From a virus (Duplodnaviria > Caudoviricetes): 26,043 bases of DNA. The stretch is taken from IMG/VR virus record IMGVR_UViG_3300032676_001568, positions 1-26,043 of that record, one strand, 5' to 3'. Position numbers and translations under genes: made by a program. Under the pieces are notes generated by a model. It saw only the letters and a program-made list of their open reading frames with translations. It did no database searches and was not told the DNA's origin. Shown one piece after another: positions 1 through 8,679 of the stretch (positions are counted from its first letter, which is position 1; each line of letters opens with the position of its first letter).

Positions 1-19
1 TTATCAGCTGAAAAGGCAT
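1..19 (-). CDS. 5' start of the next late gene (MPFQLI...), probably a head-tail connector; truncated by the window
   Basis: ATG at 19-17 overlaps the TGA of the upstream gene (TGATG coupling); position after the capsid genes. Confidence 0.45.
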
Positions 20-804
20 CAGCCCTGCGCCGGAGCCTGTGCAGCAGTGGTCGTGCTGGTCGCTGCGCTCGCTGCACTGGTGGCGTCAGTAGTGACAACA
101 GGCGCTACCGGTTCAGTTGCCGGGGTCGCGGCTGCAGCAGTAGATGCGACTGGCGTATCGGACGTAGCGTCTTGCGCAGTTACGGCCGGCGACACAGTGG
201 GTGCCGCAACAGGTGCAGAGACAGGCGCAGCATTGTCAGCGGCAGGCACCGGATCAGCGGGTGCAGCCGTGGCAGCAGGCTGTGTCGAATCGGCAGTCTG
301 CACTGCGGCTACAGGAGGTACGACCGACGAAGTGTCTGCCGGTTGTGGCGTTGCGACCGGTGCCGTCGAGGCAGCAGGCGATGCCGTCTCGGTAACGGGA
401 GCGACAGGTGCAGCGGTCACATCAGCAGGTGCAGCAGCTGAATCAGTCGGGCTGGTAAGCGGCGCCACATCGGTTGATGCCTGCGCGGCACTGTCCACCG
501 CCGTGGCCGCAACTGCTGGCGCAGGGTTGGCCGTCGATTCGGTCGTGGTGGCAGCCACTGGTGCAGCCGTGGCAGGTGCATCGGTGTCAGTCGTGGCCGT
601 GGCATTCGCAGCCGATGCGGCGTCGGTGTCAGACGACACATCGGCACTGGCGACATCGATGACGAGAAATTCGGCGTGCCCGGCCTCGACATGAGAGCGG
701 GTCTCGTCATTAGCCGGATAGCTCTGGCCTTTGGCGTACTTGACGGATTGCAGGCCCGCGCCGTTGATGTGGAAAAAATCGATGAGATAGCGAATCACGT
801 TCAT
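19..804 (-). CDS. Head-region protein: short N-terminal domain plus ~210-aa Ala/Thr/Pro/Ser/Asp low-complexity (mucin-like) tail
   Basis: 261-aa ORF; AGGAG RBS upstream; stop coupled to next start; recurrent APVA-type motifs. Confidence 0.8.
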   Translation of the reverse strand: MNVIRYLIDFFHINGAGLQSVKYAKGQSYPANDETRSHVEAGHAEFLVIDVASADVSSDTDAASAANATATTDTDAPATAAPVAATTTESTANPAPAVAATAVDSAAQASTDVAPLTSPTDSAAAPADVTAAPVAPVTETASPAASTAPVATPQPADTSSVVPPVAAVQTADSTQPAATAAPADPVPAADNAAPVSAPVAAPTVSPAVTAQDATSDTPVASTAAAATPATEPVAPVVTTDATSAASAATSTTTAAQAPAQG

Positions 805-865
805 GGCAAAGCTCCTGGTTGAAAAAACAGAAAAAATAGAAAAGAGGGATCGTTGGTCCGGCTAG

Positions 866-1321
866 TCAGCCAGTGATTTGGGCGACAGAGGACGCGTTGA
901 GCGAGCTGGCCGGCTCGAAGCGTGCGTTGATGCCCAGGAGTAGCCCAGCAAACAGGCCGGCGACAGACAGCGTGGCCTGCAACTGAACGAATGCGAAGCC
1001 GTTGTTGGTGTCGAGCTCATCGACGGAACAGTCGATCAGCGCCTGGACATTGGCGGCATTGGGCGGTGCGATCGGGGTGATCGCCTTGGCCAAACCGTTG
1101 ACGCCGACGATAGGCTTGGCACTGGTGCCATTGATGTCCAGCGCCTGCATCAGTTGCGCGTTGACGATGCCGGCTGCGTTGGCGCCGGTGTCGATCAGCG
1201 CCAGCAGCCGATGGAAATTGCCGACTGGAATCCAGGCGGTTTGCCCGGCGGTAGCATTCTGCGGTCCGGTGCGCCCCAGAATGGCGAACTGCTCCGAACC
1301 CTTGGTGTTGGGAAAGCCCAT
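866..1321 (-). CDS. Putative capsid decoration/cement protein
   Basis: 151-aa ORF rich in small and hydrophobic residues directly after the major capsid gene; AAGGA RBS. Confidence 0.65.
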   Translation of the reverse strand: MGFPNTKGSEQFAILGRTGPQNATAGQTAWIPVGNFHRLLALIDTGANAAGIVNAQLMQALDINGTSAKPIVGVNGLAKAITPIAPPNAANVQALIDCSVDELDTNNGFAFVQLQATLSVAGLFAGLLLGINARFEPASSLNASSVAQITG

Positions 1322-1358
1322 GGGATGTCCTTAAGTGAAGTGAAAGGGAAATCAGCGA

Positions 1359-2756
1359 TCAGCGCGCGCCGAGCTGCACAAAGGGCGACAGCGTCGTGGC
1401 GCCCTTGGCGGGAGCCACGGCCTGCGCGATCTTGCTTTGCCCGTCCATGCGGAAGGTGGTGCGAAACGCCACCGCATCGGCATCGAAATACAGATGCATG
1501 CTGGTGGCAGTCTGCAAGCCAGCGGCCTTGGTGATGGTCTGGTAGTACTGCAGATCCACCAGCAGCACGTCACCCTGGCTGGAGAACGCTGCCGGATGCT
1601 GCGAGAAGATCACCGGCAGACCCAAGAGCGTGTTGCGCTGCACTTGCGCGAGTGATCCGCCCAGGTTGACCTGGTAGCCAATCGGCATGAACGCCGGCAT
1701 ACCATTCCAGGTGATGCCGTAAAGCGCGGCTTGCACCGACTTGTTCATGATCCACACGCCCTTGTTCTCCGAGCCGGGCATGAGGCGGGACTGCATATTG
1801 AGCAGGTTCGTGAGCGACAGCGTCTGCGTCGCCTGACCCGCGTCCTTCGCCACCGTGATCACGGCGTTGGACTGGAAGGCGCCCAGCGGCACACCGTCAC
1901 CCTGGCCGTTGAGGATGGCCTCGTTGGTTTTCCAGCGGATGCGCTCGGCGATCTGCTTGGGCAAGTACGAGGTCAGCGCATTCGTGTCTTCCAGCAATTC
2001 CGAGGTAATCGGCACCAACGCCATCAGTTTTTTGAGGCGCAAGGTGGTGAGACCCAATTGCGGCTTGGTGGCTTGCGCGACCGATGCTTCACCCTGCCAG
2101 TAGGCACGCACACCATTGCTGCCCCACGGCGTGGTCTCGTCCTTGGGGAAGGACATGCTGTTGCCGGAGATTTCGACGTTGTCGGTCATCGGCAGCAGCC
2201 CGTCCTCGCCCAGTGAGAGCGTGAAAATCTCTTGTGCAAACTGCGGTGGCACGGCAAAACCACCGTCAACACCATCGGATTCATTGGCCACCAGGCCAGG
2301 TGCCACGGCATTCCTGCCCGAGCCGATGATCAGCCGTTCATCGACCATGCCACCCGCACGGCGGGCCACTTCAGCCTGGCGCACGGATTTGAGGAATTCG
2401 CCCATGCTGGCAAAGCCACGGCGGGTATCGAGTTCGCGGTTGTCGCTCAGGGTGATGATGCCGGCACCGAAACCATTGCCCGTCGGTAAGGCTACTTGGT
2501 TGCCTGATGCAGGCATGACAGGGTTGGCCGACATGGCGGCGGCCACACTGGCCGAGCGCGCTTCTTCGGCAATCAGCGTCATCTCCCGATCGATGGCTGC
2601 CGAGGCAGCTTCGATCTGGGCGCGAAGGGTGTCGAAACGTGTGGCTTCATCGGCCGTGAGATCACGGTTTTCGCCAGCGGCGACATCGGTCAGGGTGCGA
2701 GCATCCTTGACCAGATTCGCCTTCTTGGCCTGTAGCTCACGGAGGTGTTTGCTCAT
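1359..2756 (-). CDS. Major capsid protein, HK97 fold, with N-terminal coiled-coil scaffold (delta) domain
   Basis: Start MSKHLRELQ after GGAG RBS; DGGFAVPPQF, ITSELLED, ILNGQG and TLLGLPV motifs typical of HK97 capsids. Confidence 0.93.
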   Translation of the reverse strand: MSKHLRELQAKKANLVKDARTLTDVAAGENRDLTADEATRFDTLRAQIEAASAAIDREMTLIAEEARSASVAAAMSANPVMPASGNQVALPTGNGFGAGIITLSDNRELDTRRGFASMGEFLKSVRQAEVARRAGGMVDERLIIGSGRNAVAPGLVANESDGVDGGFAVPPQFAQEIFTLSLGEDGLLPMTDNVEISGNSMSFPKDETTPWGSNGVRAYWQGEASVAQATKPQLGLTTLRLKKLMALVPITSELLEDTNALTSYLPKQIAERIRWKTNEAILNGQGDGVPLGAFQSNAVITVAKDAGQATQTLSLTNLLNMQSRLMPGSENKGVWIMNKSVQAALYGITWNGMPAFMPIGYQVNLGGSLAQVQRNTLLGLPVIFSQHPAAFSSQGDVLLVDLQYYQTITKAAGLQTATSMHLYFDADAVAFRTTFRMDGQSKIAQAVAPAKGATTLSPFVQLGAR

Positions 2757-2773
2757 TGCGGGTTCTCCAAAGT

Positions 2774-2829
2774 AAAAAACCCGCTCAAGGCGGGTATAAA
2801 AAAAGCCACCGAGGAAATCCTGGGCGGCT
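2774..2829 (-). terminator. Two tandem intrinsic-terminator-like hairpins upstream of the capsid gene
   Basis: Minus strand: AGCCGCC..GGTGGCT+T-run (2829-2798) and ACCCGC-CTTGA-GCGGGT+T-run (2795-2774). Confidence 0.6.
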
Positions 2830-2860
2830 GTCTGCGAGGCCTGCAGGTGCAGGCATAAAT

Positions 2861-3784
2861 TCAAATCAGTGCAAGCGCATTTCTCGCCTGAGAAAGTCGC
2901 GATGTGGCACGGCTTTGCGCACGGCCACGCTTTTGCATCATCGAAATCAGGTCGTCGAAGGTGCTGATGCCGTCGACCATCTTTTGTCCCACTGCGGTGT
3001 CGGCACCGAGCACGCGGCCCTGACCGAGCCCCTCGCGCACGTTGGCCACCGGCAGACCTCGCCCTTTGGCGACGGCCTTGGTGAAGGCACCGTAATAGTC
3101 ATCGACACGCGACTGCATGAAGCCGCGCGCCTCGTCGTTCAAGGGCTCGTAGGGATTGCCCTCGACCTTGTATTTGCCGGCCGAAATCAGCGTGGGGGTC
3201 ACACCCTCAGCGGCAATCGCCTGCGAGTAATCGAAATGCGCCTGCCAGACGCCGATGGAGCCCACCTCTCCACCCGGGGTGACATAGAACTCGCCGGCAG
3301 CGCAGCCGATCCAGTACGCAGCACTTGCGGCTAGGCTGTTGGCAATCGCCACCACCGGTTTGCTGGCGCGTGCAGACTGAATCTGATCAGCGAGTTCGGC
3401 TACGCCGTAGACGCTGCCACCGGGACTGTCGATGTCGATCAGGATTTGACCCACCGAGTCGTCAGCCAACGCCTGGCGCAGCGCGGCGCCAAACATCTGT
3501 GTGCTGGTCATGCCGGGGCCGGATACGTCGTCGACCATATTGGCGCGCTGGGTGACGATGCCGTACAGCGGCAGCACTGCAATGCCGGCGCCGCCAGCGG
3601 ATTGGGCCATCTGGCGTTTGACCTGGCGCGCCTCGCGGTCCGCCATGACCTGAGTCAGAACGTCGTCACCGGCAGGCTGGCCTCTATTCCATCGTCCCAA
3701 TACGGCCGTCAGTGCATTCAGGCGTTCCGGCATCAATGCCCAGGGCGTCGCCAGAAATTCGGCCATCAGCAGTTCACCCTTCAT
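2861..3784 (-). CDS. Prohead maturation protease, S49/SppA family
   Basis: IDSPGGS, AASAAYW, GSIGV and GKYK motifs; lies between portal and capsid; start MKGELL adjacent to the portal stop. Confidence 0.92.
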   Translation of the reverse strand: MKGELLMAEFLATPWALMPERLNALTAVLGRWNRGQPAGDDVLTQVMADREARQVKRQMAQSAGGAGIAVLPLYGIVTQRANMVDDVSGPGMTSTQMFGAALRQALADDSVGQILIDIDSPGGSVYGVAELADQIQSARASKPVVAIANSLAASAAYWIGCAAGEFYVTPGGEVGSIGVWQAHFDYSQAIAAEGVTPTLISAGKYKVEGNPYEPLNDEARGFMQSRVDDYYGAFTKAVAKGRGLPVANVREGLGQGRVLGADTAVGQKMVDGISTFDDLISMMQKRGRAQSRATSRLSQARNALALI

Positions 3785-3785
3785 G

Positions 3786-5084
3786 TCATGCCTCATCGTC
3801 GTCATCTTCCGTGTTGATCTTGTTGGGCTCGGCGTTGTCATCGTCGGGCGGCGGTGCCGTGGCCGGTTGCTGATTGGTGCCGGTCATCCCCATGTTGAGC
3901 GCCACCAGCGGCTCATCCAAGCCCGGCAGCGGTGTGTAGTTTTCTGCAACGCGCACTTCGTTTCTGGTTAGTGCGCCCATGCTGACCATGGCCGAGTAGT
4001 ACGTGGCGCGGCTGTTGGCGTCACCGCGCATGAGCGCTGCAAAGTCAAATTCGCAGTCCAGCCCTTCGTCATCGAGCATCAGATCGGCGCGAATACTGGC
4101 TTCCCACCGCTCGGCCCAGGGCCGCATGGTGTAGCGCACGAACTCGATCGACTGCTGCTCGATGTTGTTATTGGTCGCGCGGTCCAGGTCCGCGATCATG
4201 TGCGGGGGCACCCGAAACAGGCGTGCGATATCCGTCACCTGAAATTTGCGCAGCTCAAGGAACTGCGCTTCCTTGTTAGTGACGCCAACCTCGTGGTACT
4301 TCATGCCGGCTTCCAGCACCAGCACCTTGCCGCGATTCATCGCGCCTTGCGCGTTCTGGTAGGACTCGCGAAAGTTGTCGCGGGCGGGCTTGTCCTTGAA
4401 AGTGCCCGGATACTCGATCCAGCCACCCGTGGGCTTGGCATCATTGGCAAAGAAGCGTGAGCCATAGTCCTGTGCGGCCAGTGCCAGACCAAAGCTCTCG
4501 CGCGCCATCTCGATCGGCGACAGACCGATCATGCCGTCGCTGGACAATCCGCGCAGATGCCAGACGGCGCTGCGTGGCAGAAAAGTTTGATCGCCAAATC
4601 GGTCGATGATGCGATAACTGTATTCGTCAGCCTGGCTCTGCGAGAGCACCAGGCTGATGCGATCCGGGTGGATCGGAATCAAGTCGGTGATTTCACCATT
4701 GGCGTTGCTGATAATTCTGCAGAACGCGTTGCCCCGTAACGCCAGATGCCCCATGAGCATTTCACGCCACTCGAATGGGTTCTGAAACCGGTTCGGGCGC
4801 AGGTGAAACAGGCGGTACAGCCAGTGATTCGTCACCTCGACCTTGCCCCGGTTTTTGCCGGGGCGGTACAAAATGAATGGCAGCGAGGCCATGCTCTCGG
4901 ACAGGATGCGCACACAGGCGTACACCGCCGACAAGCGCAGCGCGGTTTCTGACGAAATCCGCGCGCCGCTGACCGTGCGCATCGTGACCGGTTCGAACCA
5001 GAACGATCCCCAGGGACTGCGATCATCCGAGTCGGCGCGCGGACCGCCAAAATTGCGGAAGAAATCAGCGAATTTTCCCATCAC
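3786..5084 (-). CDS. Portal protein, HK97 family
   Basis: AVYACVRILS, LRPNRFQ, GNAF, GLSPI, IARLFRVPPHMI and TRNEVR motifs. Confidence 0.95.
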   Translation of the reverse strand: MMGKFADFFRNFGGPRADSDDRSPWGSFWFEPVTMRTVSGARISSETALRLSAVYACVRILSESMASLPFILYRPGKNRGKVEVTNHWLYRLFHLRPNRFQNPFEWREMLMGHLALRGNAFCRIISNANGEITDLIPIHPDRISLVLSQSQADEYSYRIIDRFGDQTFLPRSAVWHLRGLSSDGMIGLSPIEMARESFGLALAAQDYGSRFFANDAKPTGGWIEYPGTFKDKPARDNFRESYQNAQGAMNRGKVLVLEAGMKYHEVGVTNKEAQFLELRKFQVTDIARLFRVPPHMIADLDRATNNNIEQQSIEFVRYTMRPWAERWEASIRADLMLDDEGLDCEFDFAALMRGDANSRATYYSAMVSMGALTRNEVRVAENYTPLPGLDEPLVALNMGMTGTNQQPATAPPPDDDNAEPNKINTEDDDDEA

Positions 5085-6793
5085 AACACCATCAGTTCGT
5101 AGTCGCTGCCGATCACCATGCCGTCACCCGGTTTGATGGCCCGCGCGATCGCCATGATCAGCGCCACGATACCGTCGATCTTGTTCTCCGGGCGCTCTTT
5201 CCTCGGGTAGATGTTGTCCTTGGCATCCATGTGGGCGACCACGTTCGAGGCCATCCAGGTCAATACCGGATCGCCGTCGTGAATTAATTTGCGTTGCAAT
5301 ACCAGCGCCTCAAGCGTCTTCATCGGTTCTGAAAAATTGAGCACCGTCGGGCGCACTTCGATCATGGGCAAACCCACTGCCAGCATGCGTGTTGAGAGTT
5401 GCGTGGCCTGGAACGGGTCGTAGGCCACGGCCTGCACCTCAAAGCGCGAGGCCAGTTCCACCAGCTCGCCCTCGATCCAACCGAAGTCGATGACATTGCC
5501 CGGTGTCACGGTAAGTCGATCGCTTCTAGCCCAACCAGCGTATTGGCTGTTTTCGGATGCGGACACTGTGTCCTCCGGCAGCCAGTACCGGCTGAACACC
5601 GCGTAGGAACCTGCAACGCCTGGGTGCTGGAACACCAGCACCAAAGCGGCCACGTCCGTTTTACTGGCCAGATCCAATCCAATCCAGCACGGTTGCCCTG
5701 CGAAGGTTTCAAGATTCAGGGCTGGATCAGCGCAGCGATCCCAGGCGCGCATGTCCATCCACGCGGTATCGGCATTGACCCATTCGTTCAGATGCTTGGT
5801 CTTGAAATTGTTGACCGCGCTGGGCAGTTGCATCGCCTTGGCCTGCAGCGGCGCCAGCACTTCCGGGCGCACCGAGATGCCCCAATTCGGATTTGCCTTG
5901 ATCAGCGCGGACTCCAGCGTCCAGTCGTCCCCATCGTCCAAGCCATAGACAATGCCAAACTGGCTGTCGTCCTCGAAGACGCCATCGAGCAGGCGGGTCA
6001 CAAAGGTGCGAATCTCGTAGCAAATGCCGGAGCGGTTGCTGCCTGCCGTGGTGATCACCCACAGGAGCGAGTTGTCGCGCTTGCCGGTACCGGTTTCCAC
6101 CACGTCATACACGGTGCGGGTTTTGTGGGCGTGCAACTCATCGACGCAGCCGAAGTGGATGTTGAGCCCGTCCAGGGTTGAACCTTCTGCGGACAGCGCC
6201 TCGAATTTCGAGCCACTGGCCATCACATGCATGTTGTGCGCGCCGACCCCGACGCCAAAGCGTGAGCGAAATCCAGCGGACTGGCGCGCCATGGTCTGCG
6301 CATCGCCAAACACAATGCGCGCCTGGTCACGTGTGGTCGCCAGCGAATACACCTCGGCGCCACCTTCACCATCAGCCGCCAGCATGTACAGCGCCAGCGC
6401 CGAGGACAGCGTGGACTTGGCGTTGCCGCGCGGCACCTCGATGTAGGCACGCCGATACCGGCGCTTGCCATCGGGCTTGACCCAGCCGAACACGGTGGTC
6501 AGGATGAATACCTGCCATGGCTCCAAGTGGATCGGCTGTCCGGCCAGCGGGCCTTTGACGTGGGGCAGGCGTTCAATGAACGCGCACAGGTTGTCTGCCG
6601 GAGAAAACGATTTACCCGATCGGTCCGCCAGCTTTGGATTGAAACGATAGGGGCTGGCTTTGCCCTTGAACTTGACCAGGTCGTTTAATTGCCGCTGGCA
6701 GGCCTGCTTTACCCATCGGCAGGCGGAAATATCACCTTCCACCACGGCTTCGGCGTAACGACGGGCTGCGGTGACGTAGTTAGAGGTTGCCAT
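5081..6793 (-). CDS. terL: Terminase large subunit
   Basis: Walker A PRGNAKST, Walker B CVDELH, ITTAG, nuclease GLDLA and KIDG motifs. Confidence 0.96.
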   Translation of the reverse strand: MATSNYVTAARRYAEAVVEGDISACRWVKQACQRQLNDLVKFKGKASPYRFNPKLADRSGKSFSPADNLCAFIERLPHVKGPLAGQPIHLEPWQVFILTTVFGWVKPDGKRRYRRAYIEVPRGNAKSTLSSALALYMLAADGEGGAEVYSLATTRDQARIVFGDAQTMARQSAGFRSRFGVGVGAHNMHVMASGSKFEALSAEGSTLDGLNIHFGCVDELHAHKTRTVYDVVETGTGKRDNSLLWVITTAGSNRSGICYEIRTFVTRLLDGVFEDDSQFGIVYGLDDGDDWTLESALIKANPNWGISVRPEVLAPLQAKAMQLPSAVNNFKTKHLNEWVNADTAWMDMRAWDRCADPALNLETFAGQPCWIGLDLASKTDVAALVLVFQHPGVAGSYAVFSRYWLPEDTVSASENSQYAGWARSDRLTVTPGNVIDFGWIEGELVELASRFEVQAVAYDPFQATQLSTRMLAVGLPMIEVRPTVLNFSEPMKTLEALVLQRKLIHDGDPVLTWMASNVVAHMDAKDNIYPRKERPENKIDGIVALIMAIARAIKPGDGMVIGSDYELMVL

Positions 6794-7394
6794 CGTTCCA
6801 GTCATTTGAGGCTTGGTGAATGCGCCTGACCGCTTCTGGGTCGCCTATACGATGGCCTTGGCGCGGGTGCTGTCGCCAATGCCGTCCGATAATGGGCAGG
6901 TGCAGCACATCGCCCACCTTGGCAACGAGCAGCGTCAGCAGCCAGTCGGAAAAATTGTTGATGTCGGTGGTTTCCTTGAGCACGGCCTCGACGGCGAGTC
7001 GACGCATCACGATCAGACCGTGCACATGGCTGCCGCTGCGGGCGTGCTGCCGGCGGCTGTAGGTCAAACGCCGCATGGCGATGTCTCGCCCGTCCTCATT
7101 GGTCAGCGTTTCGTCGGTGTAGGCCATCACCGCTTGCGGGCAGGCATCCAGCGCATCGGCTAGCCGCGTGAAGGCACTCGCTTCATACCGGTCGTCGGGA
7201 TCGACGTAGGACACCAGGGGCAAGATGCCTTGTGTATAGCCAGCGGCACGAGCCTTGCCAATGCGGCCCGGAATCCCAGGCAAGATGTGCAACTGGATCG
7301 GTGCGCCCGCGAGGCTGGCGATGCAGGCCTCGCGCCATTCATCAGGCTCGTATAGGGTGAGCAAATGAACATCGATGCGCGCTTCGGTTGCCAT
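6780..7394 (-). CDS. Glycosyltransferase, GT-A fold (GT2-like)
   Basis: SYVDPDD DxD motif preceded by ARAAG; later DWLL; 204 aa; overlaps the terL start by 14 nt. Confidence 0.7.
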   Translation of the reverse strand: MATEARIDVHLLTLYEPDEWREACIASLAGAPIQLHILPGIPGRIGKARAAGYTQGILPLVSYVDPDDRYEASAFTRLADALDACPQAVMAYTDETLTNEDGRDIAMRRLTYSRRQHARSGSHVHGLIVMRRLAVEAVLKETTDINNFSDWLLTLLVAKVGDVLHLPIIGRHWRQHPRQGHRIGDPEAVRRIHQASNDWNDGNL

Positions 7395-7402
7395 CAGTCC
7401 GT

Positions 7403-7864
7403 CTATCCCGCGATGTCCGCCCAAGGATCGAGGTCGTCATCAGCGGCTTCCATCGGCAAAGTGACGCGCGAGCGCGAGGCTGGCGTGAAGCCCATTTCGG
7501 TGGCGGCCTTGGTCATGATCTGCGCCTGCTTGTTGGCAATCGCCAGATACGGGGACTGCATCGGTACGCCGGTGTTAGGCGCCTTGATGAGCAATCCGGT
7601 CTTGTTGATGCCGGCTTGCGCTTTACGATACAGGTCGGCGGCACACGCCCACACTTCCAGCACCGACATGTCGAGTTTCTTCAACAGGTGCGGCGGCGCG
7701 CATTCCAGTGCATAGCGCCAGGCCGACCTCGCGCCCTCGCTCATGTAATCAGGCGGCTCGACCAACTCTCCTTGCGGCTTTGGCTCGCGCAGGTTGGTCC
7801 GGCATTTCTGCAGCGTGCCTTTGATTTGCTTGACTGTGGTGGGCAGCGGTTTGCGACCGGCCAT
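7403..7864 (-). CDS. terS: Terminase small subunit, P27 family
   Basis: MAGRKPLPT start, QSPYLAI and EMGFTPASRSR motifs. Confidence 0.93.
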   Translation of the reverse strand: MAGRKPLPTTVKQIKGTLQKCRTNLREPKPQGELVEPPDYMSEGARSAWRYALECAPPHLLKKLDMSVLEVWACAADLYRKAQAGINKTGLLIKAPNTGVPMQSPYLAIANKQAQIMTKAATEMGFTPASRSRVTLPMEAADDDLDPWADIAG

Positions 7865-7980
7865 AACGATTCCATCCTGGGGGGAGTCCCCCCTGTTTCA
7901 ATTTGCACGCACAAAAATTTGACTGGGCGCACGCATCGCTCGAACACGATGCCAAAGAATTCACCCCCCTACCGGGGTGT
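7865..7980 (-). other. Candidate cos/packaging site
   Basis: Intergenic region between HNH and terS bounded by G/C runs; the usual cos location in HK97-like phages. Confidence 0.5.
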
Positions 7981-8346
7981 GGGCCTGCGTCGTGCGCTTT
8001 CACGCGCGGACTTGGCGTTGTGGCAGGACACGCACAGTGACTGCAGGTTGGCAGCATCAAAGCGTGCGCCACCGTCCTTGATCGGTTGGACGTGATCCAC
8101 AACCCTGGCTGGAACAATGCGACCGGCGACCTCACAGGCCACACACAACGGGTGGGTGGTCAGGTGCGTGGCACGTACAGCTCGCCAATCGCGCGACTGA
8201 TAGAAGCCGACTTCAGCATCGAAGCCGCGCCGCTTTCGGCCGTAGTCACGGTGGATGACGGACCGGTGTGTCTCGCAGTAGCCGGGCACAGCCAGCACGG
8301 CTGAACAACCCGGGTAGCGACAAGGAGTTGGCGCGCTTCGGGGCAT
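7969..8346 (-). CDS. HNH endonuclease (HK97 gp74-like terminase accessory)
   Basis: PCRYPGC, HPLCVAC, VVDHVQP and NLQSLCVSCHNAKS motifs; adjacent to terS. Confidence 0.92.
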   Translation of the reverse strand: MPRSAPTPCRYPGCSAVLAVPGYCETHRSVIHRDYGRKRRGFDAEVGFYQSRDWRAVRATHLTTHPLCVACEVAGRIVPARVVDHVQPIKDGGARFDAANLQSLCVSCHNAKSARESARRRPTPR

Positions 8347-8465
8347 TTGCGGTGGATTTCCAACTGATTCAAAAAAGAAGCGATTTACTGGGAGATTCCG
8401 CTTGGCTTCTCGCGGGAATGAAGCGTTCATACGAACACCATCAACCACCCAGAGGAACCAAAACC

Positions 8466-8663
8466 ATGTCCTACACCAGCAACGAATTCACCGTCGATGA
8501 AATCGGTTTCATCCAAATCGCGCTGACAAAAGTGCTTGCCGCCGCAGCACGCGGCGAACTCGACCTCAACCGACTGGCCCGCGAAGAACTCGCCTCGCGC
8601 GGTCTCGATGACCAAGGCGTCTGGGTCGGCTTCGATCGCGCCAAGCAAATCCACAACGTCTGA
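8466..8663 (+). CDS. Small hypothetical protein (65 aa), antisense moron
   Basis: GAGGA RBS; MSYTSNEF...; co-oriented with the next gene. Confidence 0.75.
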   Translation: MSYTSNEFTVDEIGFIQIALTKVLAAAARGELDLNRLAREELASRGLDDQGVWVGFDRAKQIHNV

Positions 8664-8679
8664 ATTTCAGGAGATACAC

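Noticed and set aside
47-694. 215-aa plus-strand Ala/Val/Gly-rich ORF
   Set aside because: Antisense shadow of the low-complexity gene 19-804; no RBS and against operon direction
2757-2864. 36-aa N-terminal extension of the capsid ORF in the ORF track
   Set aside because: Runs through the hairpin/terminator region; a clear GGAG RBS precedes the ATG at 2756
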